This document shows positions 58,435 to 64,000 of a DNA stretch of 64,000 bases, piece by piece. The notes beneath the pieces were generated by a model. It was given only the letters and a program-made list of their open reading frames with translations, ran no database searches and was not told the DNA's origin. The translations under genes and the position numbers were made by a program. The stretch is taken from assembly GCF_009914755.1 (NCBI RefSeq), contig NC_060930.1. One strand, 5' to 3'. Position 1 is the first letter of the stretch. Every line of letters begins with the position of its first letter. The DNA is from the human T2T-CHM13v2.0 reference genome, Homo sapiens.

Positions 58435-58767
58435 GATTCTGGAAGAGTTTTGAGGTGCATGCTAGCAAAAGCCAATGTTTTTGTGAAGAGAGTTTTAAAG
58501 GCAACTCTAGGAAGACCTCAGAAACAGAAGAAGAAAGCTGAAGAGAGAGGTTCATCTTCTCATAGAACACTTAAATAATAGTGCAAAGAATGTTGGTGGA
58601 AATATGGTATTCATCTGCAAACCAGGAGGTTGGCCTCCACCAGAAGTTGACTTGGCTGGCACTCTTGAACTTTCCAGCTCCCTGAACTGTGAGAAGTGAA
58701 TTTCTGTTGTTAAAGCCATCCTGTCTATGGTATTTTTGTTATAGCAGCCCAAACTGACTACGACACA
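58435..58767 (+). mobile_element. MLT1-int fragment fused to the 3' half of an MLT1A-like LTR
   Basis: TGGAAGAGTTTTGAGGTGCATGCTAG...AATGTTGGTGGAAATATGG, then CATCTGCAAACCAGG ... GCAGCCCAAACTGACTACGACA. Confidence 0.8.
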
Positions 58768-60081
58768 ATGTAAAATGCATCTCTTACTAAGGGTCTTGGT
58801 CAAAAAGTTAGAAAGCTATTGGTCTGCACTTATGGTTTATTTCAGATATATAAAGTTGGTCATATTTTAGACATGGGTTAGAGAAATAGGGTGTACAGAT
58901 ACAGATTATATTCTCTCAGGTTGTATTTCTGCAATAAGGGCTAGCCTCTTTATGGGGACAGTGGCTGATAGATTTAGGTCATGTAATTAAATGTCTAAAC
59001 TACCCACAGGCATCCAGAAGATAGAACATTTATCCTGTTATGTCATGCTCTCTCTGTAAAAACAAAACTCTTTGTTAAATCAACAAGCAGCACTATTAAG
59101 TAATTAAATCATTATAAAAATAATACCCAATTAGAAAATACTTAAATAAATATACCAGTATAATTAGATACCTTCTCATTAAACTTCAATTATCTTTAGC
59201 CTAATCCCAATTTTTTTTTTTCCACAAATCAGAAGCTTTCAATCTGAATCATTTCATTTCCCCTTTGGGCTTGTCTACCATTTTTGTATTTAGCTTTCTT
59301 CTTTTATGCCTTTTTTTTTTCTCAGAAATCTTTATGGTTTTCTCTTCTGCATGACCTTTTGCTATAATCAGAACAAGAGAAATTTGAATCCCTTGTGATG
59401 GCCTTTTTCTAATAATGAGTAATTTTCTTCCATATAACTACTTTTTTTCTCTCAGTCCCCTTTGAAGCCTGAAGCAAGTATAAAAGCTAATTTGAAATTA
59501 GCATACAATTGGGTTTCTTATTAGTCTCTATAGTCATTTTTGCAGATGTATAGTTTGGCCTGGGTCGTGGACCCCCTGACAGAAAATTGCCCTTCTTTTT
59601 TCTTTTAAAGGCCCAAGCCTATATTTCTTTAGAACACATTAGAACATTGCTCAAAGCATAACATGCTGTTTAAGCAGAGATATGAATTGATATCTTCATA
59701 GTTAATGCACTTAACACTCTTCCTTTTTATTCTACTTGACTTTCAAGGAAATATTAAATTACTCTAAACACATGCCTTTCAAAATTAATGGTAAAATACT
59801 TCACGGTAAATATGTCTTGATCAAGTACAGCGTTCTATGGGGAAGGCATTTCGAAATAGCATTGGTATATAGAAAATGTCAGTGAATTACACCAAGCTTT
59901 TTCTCTAGAAGATTCTTCTTGAATTATCTATATACATATTTTAACGGTGACATTTTTAGCCAACTCAATCACAAGTTCCTATATCAGGAAATTTTACCCT
60001 GGGGTCAATTTACCATCTAAAATTTTACGTGCAATGCATGAGTATTTATCTGGGGAAAGTCACTACCGTTTTTTATGACTT

Positions 60082-60635
60082 CTTTTTTTAATGAGGTATA
60101 ATATATAACAAAATGCATAGACCTTTAAAGGTGATTTCTAAGAGTTGTGTCAATTGTATACATTTGTGTAGCTACAACTTAAAACAATACATAAAAGATC
60201 TCCATCACCCAAAGTTCTCTTCGGGCCTTTTCTAATCAATTTCCCATCCACCACCCAGTGCAACTGCTTACTGATACTTATCACTATAAATTATTTTTGT
60301 CTATTTTTGAACCTCATCTTAATGGAATCCTATAGTATATAATACTCATTAGTGTCTAGTTTCTGATTTTTTGAAATTCATCATATTATTGCTTCAATCA
60401 ATAACTTCTCTTCAATGTTGAGCAGTATTCTCCCATATGACTATCACACAATTTGACTATCCTTTTATCTATTCATGGACCTTTGGCTTGCTTTTGCATA
60501 TTGTAAATAAAGTTGCTATGAACACTCTTGTCCATGTCTTTTTGTGGACATTATCTTTTCATTTTGGGGGAGTAAGTAACTAGGAGTAGAATTGCTGGGT
60601 CATCAGATAGGTATTTTAACTTTATTAGAAACAGA
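60082..60635 (-). mobile_element. L1ME-like 3' end
   Basis: TTTTTAATGAGGTATAAT ... AATAAAGTTGCTATGAACACTCTTGT ... TAGGAGTAGAATTGCTGGGTCAT. Confidence 0.85.
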
Positions 60636-60896
60636 TCTGCAGCTTTTAATAAACTCTTAAAGGGACCTTGTATCCCAAAACTTAAAGTAGCCCTGCTTTT
60701 AGGGCATCTATACAAATGTTTTTGTTTGTTTAGAAATATGTTCTCAATTCTCTTTAAGCCTCAGTTACAGACTCAATAAGATGAGTGCTAGACTCTGCCT
60801 TATGCCTATAATGCGTTAGGCTATCAGTACAAGTTGAAATTATTTAAAATAGTTTTTGTAGATACTTGGATAGTAGATTAATCACAATAGCTAAAT

Positions 60897-61018
60897 TCCA
60901 CTAGAATGTAAATTTTATGAGGGTAGAGACATTTCTCTGTTCACTGCTGTAACCCAAGCATCTAAGATGCTATCTGCATGGATCAGTTCAATAAATATGT
61001 GCTAAATGGCGGAATGAA
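60897..61018 (+). mobile_element. L2 3' end
   Basis: CCACTAGAATGTAAATTTTATGAGGGTAGAGAC...GTTCACTGCTGTA...TCAATAAATAT...GAATGAA. Confidence 0.85.
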
Positions 61019-61019
61019 G

Positions 61020-61232
61020 TATCAGCCATATGTTGGGAAACATTCTAATAACTTTATATATAGTGTTTCACTTAATCCTTACAGCCAATCTTTGAGGTAA
61101 TTCCTTTTATTACTCCCTTTTAAGTGGAGAAATTAGGCACAGAGAAGTTAGGCAATATGCCCCTTGTCACATAGCAAATAAGCCAGGATTTGAATACAAG
61201 TAGTTGTCCTTCCAAAGTCATAACTCTTAGCC
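61020..61232 (-). mobile_element. MIR
   Basis: CACTTAATCCTTACA ... AGGCACAGAGAAGTTAGG ... GCCAGGATTTGAA. Confidence 0.8.
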
Positions 61233-64000
61233 AGGGAATGCAGAAAAACTGCATCGCTTGTGTGTCTCTTGTTTTGTTTCAAGAAGCCAAATAGCCTTTT
61301 TCTATTTGTTAATTGTATCACTTTTGAAGGAAAAGTCCTCAGGAGGAAATTCCGTGGATTGGTTTAGGATGGTGACACTCATTATCTTTCTCACAATTAA
61401 CTGGACTTTTCTTCACATTCTGATTTGTTCCCATAATGAGAGTTAGGGCCCCACTTCACCTGTATTATAAATAAAAGCCATGGAGGTCCATACATACAAT
61501 CCCTGGATGCTTTTGCTTTACTTTGTTTTGTTTCATTTTCACTCACATCAGGTTAAGCTGAAAGTTTTGATGTTTTTTAGAAGTAACTTTGAATCCAAAT
61601 ACATGATTACTGTTATAAAGCCTGCCTTGTATCGCCCTTCATGGTGTCATACAGCTTAGGACCTGGTGATGGGATGGCATTGTTTTGACAACTGTTACCT
61701 GTTCCTTATTTGTAAGTTTTTAGTAATGTGAGCTTCTGTCTTAGTCTTGTCATGACCATTGAGGTCCCTTCTAGCTAGCAGAGAGGTTGAGGACAGGCTA
61801 GTGTGTTCTAATGAACTGGCTTTGTCAACAGAGCTGGCGTTTGCTTACACTCTAAAACAAATCACCTCTCACTATCTCTGCAACACTTCCTCAGAGCTGA
61901 ATTTATGCCTCTTTTTATCTTGATAGGAAAATATGAACAAAAGATTCTGATTAATATTTATCTCAATGTAGCCAAACTAGAGCCAAATACATCTCAAAAT
62001 GGCACTTGTTGATGAAATCACTCCTCCCAGTTATATTTGAAGGAGATTCCCCTTCTAAGACACATGACTTCAAATCTCTCCACTGCATCATGCAATGCTC
62101 AGCAGCCTTCTGTGAGTACATTGGTGGCAGTTCTCTTTTTCTAGAATGAGCCAGAGGCAAACAAGCTTTTGAGGCTGGAAAACAGTGACGAGAAATTGGT
62201 TCATAAACCTACACTTGATAATCATCCATGCTTTTGCCACCAGTATTGCAAATTCTACGTTACAATTTTATGTTGTCTTACATCCTTTTGGCAGCATGTC
62301 TTAACCACATATAAAATAATCTGTAGCAGGAAAAAAGTTATCAGTCCTTATCTTTTTAGCTTTGCTAATAAAGATAGTAGAACTGAGATTCTGTGAAATT
62401 ATGTCCAATTTTTTCCCCAAGGGTAGAAAAGCCAAACAGCCTGGAGATAATGAATATGACCCCAAATGGCAATTGTAGCAGGTCTTTCTAAGCAGCAGTC
62501 CCAAGTAAAAGATCTATGAATCAAACAAACAATTTGTATTTTAAAAGAAATTTGCTACTCCCTCTTTCCTATAGAAGAGTCCTGAAAATAAAATCAGGGC
62601 TGTTCATTTTACTTAATACTCTCAAGCACCAAGCAAGATTACAATTCCTTGCCTGCCTATGATCCCCTGTAATTCCAACTAGCTCTGTGAAAGCACAGAC
62701 CTGTTTTGGCATTTCACGTTCTGCTGCTTCATCAAGGCCAGCTCCTTCACTGCAGGCTCTTACGACAGCACATACTTCTCTTAACAGCCATGTTTTCAGT
62801 CCTCGTTTCAACAGAAGACTCTAATCTTGTGATTTTTCCGATGCCATACCAAATATAGATTTTGCTGACACTTCCCTGATTTTCTAGGATTTAAAACATT
62901 TCAAACAAACTTTTGAAGCAAACGATGACAATGTGTTTTTATGCTTACATAACCCATCTCAGTTATTTCAGACTCAAGATGGAATCCTAGCCCTGTATCA
63001 AGTAGAAAACAAAACAAAACAAAAGCCAGTGAGTTGTTTTAGTCATCAGAGTAGTGCTGTTTTCAAGTATTCCGCCTCGTTCTCCTACCACATAGGTAAT
63101 CAGACTAGCAAAAGTTAATATGGCTGTTTTAAATTAAAGGCATTCAGATGCTGTTTTTTTCTCGAATTTTTGAATGTGTTGTTTAACACACCGAATTTCT
63201 GTGCAGTGAAATGGAGAGACTTGATGAGAGGCTATTGTCAGCTTTAGCCTGGAGATAGAGATGTGACCAAGTATATTTTTCTCAGGTGACTCTCCCTTTA
63301 TGGGGAGGACTGTGTTTAAGAACTGCTGAGAGCCAGAGGCAGAGATCTGAGCTGGGAGATTTAAGACTATGGTTGACTATACATGTAACACAAAAACAAT
63401 AATTCACCAGGCATTTCTTCCTAACAACACAAACTTTAAAAGACTTAACAACAACAAAAATCAACATTTACTTACTGGATAATTTAACTTTTGATGCGTA
63501 TATATAGGTTTTATGTCTAGAATTATTTAAATTTGTGGGATAAAAGGTGATACTTTTAGTAGAGTTGTCTTAAGTGCAAATAAAATTGAGCTAAAGTTCA
63601 ATAAAAGTATTTATACAGCAATTTAAGGTAGTAAGTATTTTTATGTAATTGCCTTTTCTGTTCTTCCCATAAGACATTGAAGTACATCTAAATTATTATC
63701 CCCAATTTATACCTGAGACTCCTGAGATTCACTTGCCCAGAATACAGCCAATAGAGGTGTTGTCAATTTCTCTAGTTAAACCCATGATTCTCTTGGGGAG
63801 GTCATATACTAAACATCTCTGTTATATCTTCCATTTTCTTTTTTCTTGCTTACTATGTTTCTTTTAGTTCAGAAATATTTTCTTCCAACTCTCCTAAAAT
63901 TAAAAATTTTAGATCTAGTTCCTAAGAAATTTATGTTATGTACAGGTGTATATGCTGGTGGTGGTTGCCAGTATGAGAAAAAAGTCTTTGTTTTCTGTTT

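Overview
AT-rich, CpG-depleted primate genomic DNA, almost certainly human or great ape given the AluY, AluS and AluJ copies plus L1PA elements. It reads as intronic or intergenic. I found no recognisable protein-coding exon, RNA gene or CpG island. The supplied ORFs are Alu, L1 or low-complexity translations, or chance short frames. Interspersed repeats dominate: 14 Alus, a four-level nested L1 complex at about 18.1-30.3 kb, ERV1, MaLR and ERVL LTRs, MER44/Tigger and MER5A DNA transposons, and many old MIR, L2 and L3 fragments. All subfamily calls are from remembered consensus features, not a search. I found no convincing new biological system. The best leads are a 12-nt (or 6-nt) microexon candidate at 32397-32408, a TATA-ATG-GTAAGT alternative-first-exon candidate at about 37.2-37.35 kb, a 5'-intact but 3'-truncated L1 with a target-site duplication (TSD) suggesting internal priming, a younger L1 joined at a near-homologous position of an older L1, a compact promoter-like motif cluster with a G-quadruplex at about 53.6-53.8 kb, and several near-perfect hairpins. 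All need transcript or conservation data to confirm.
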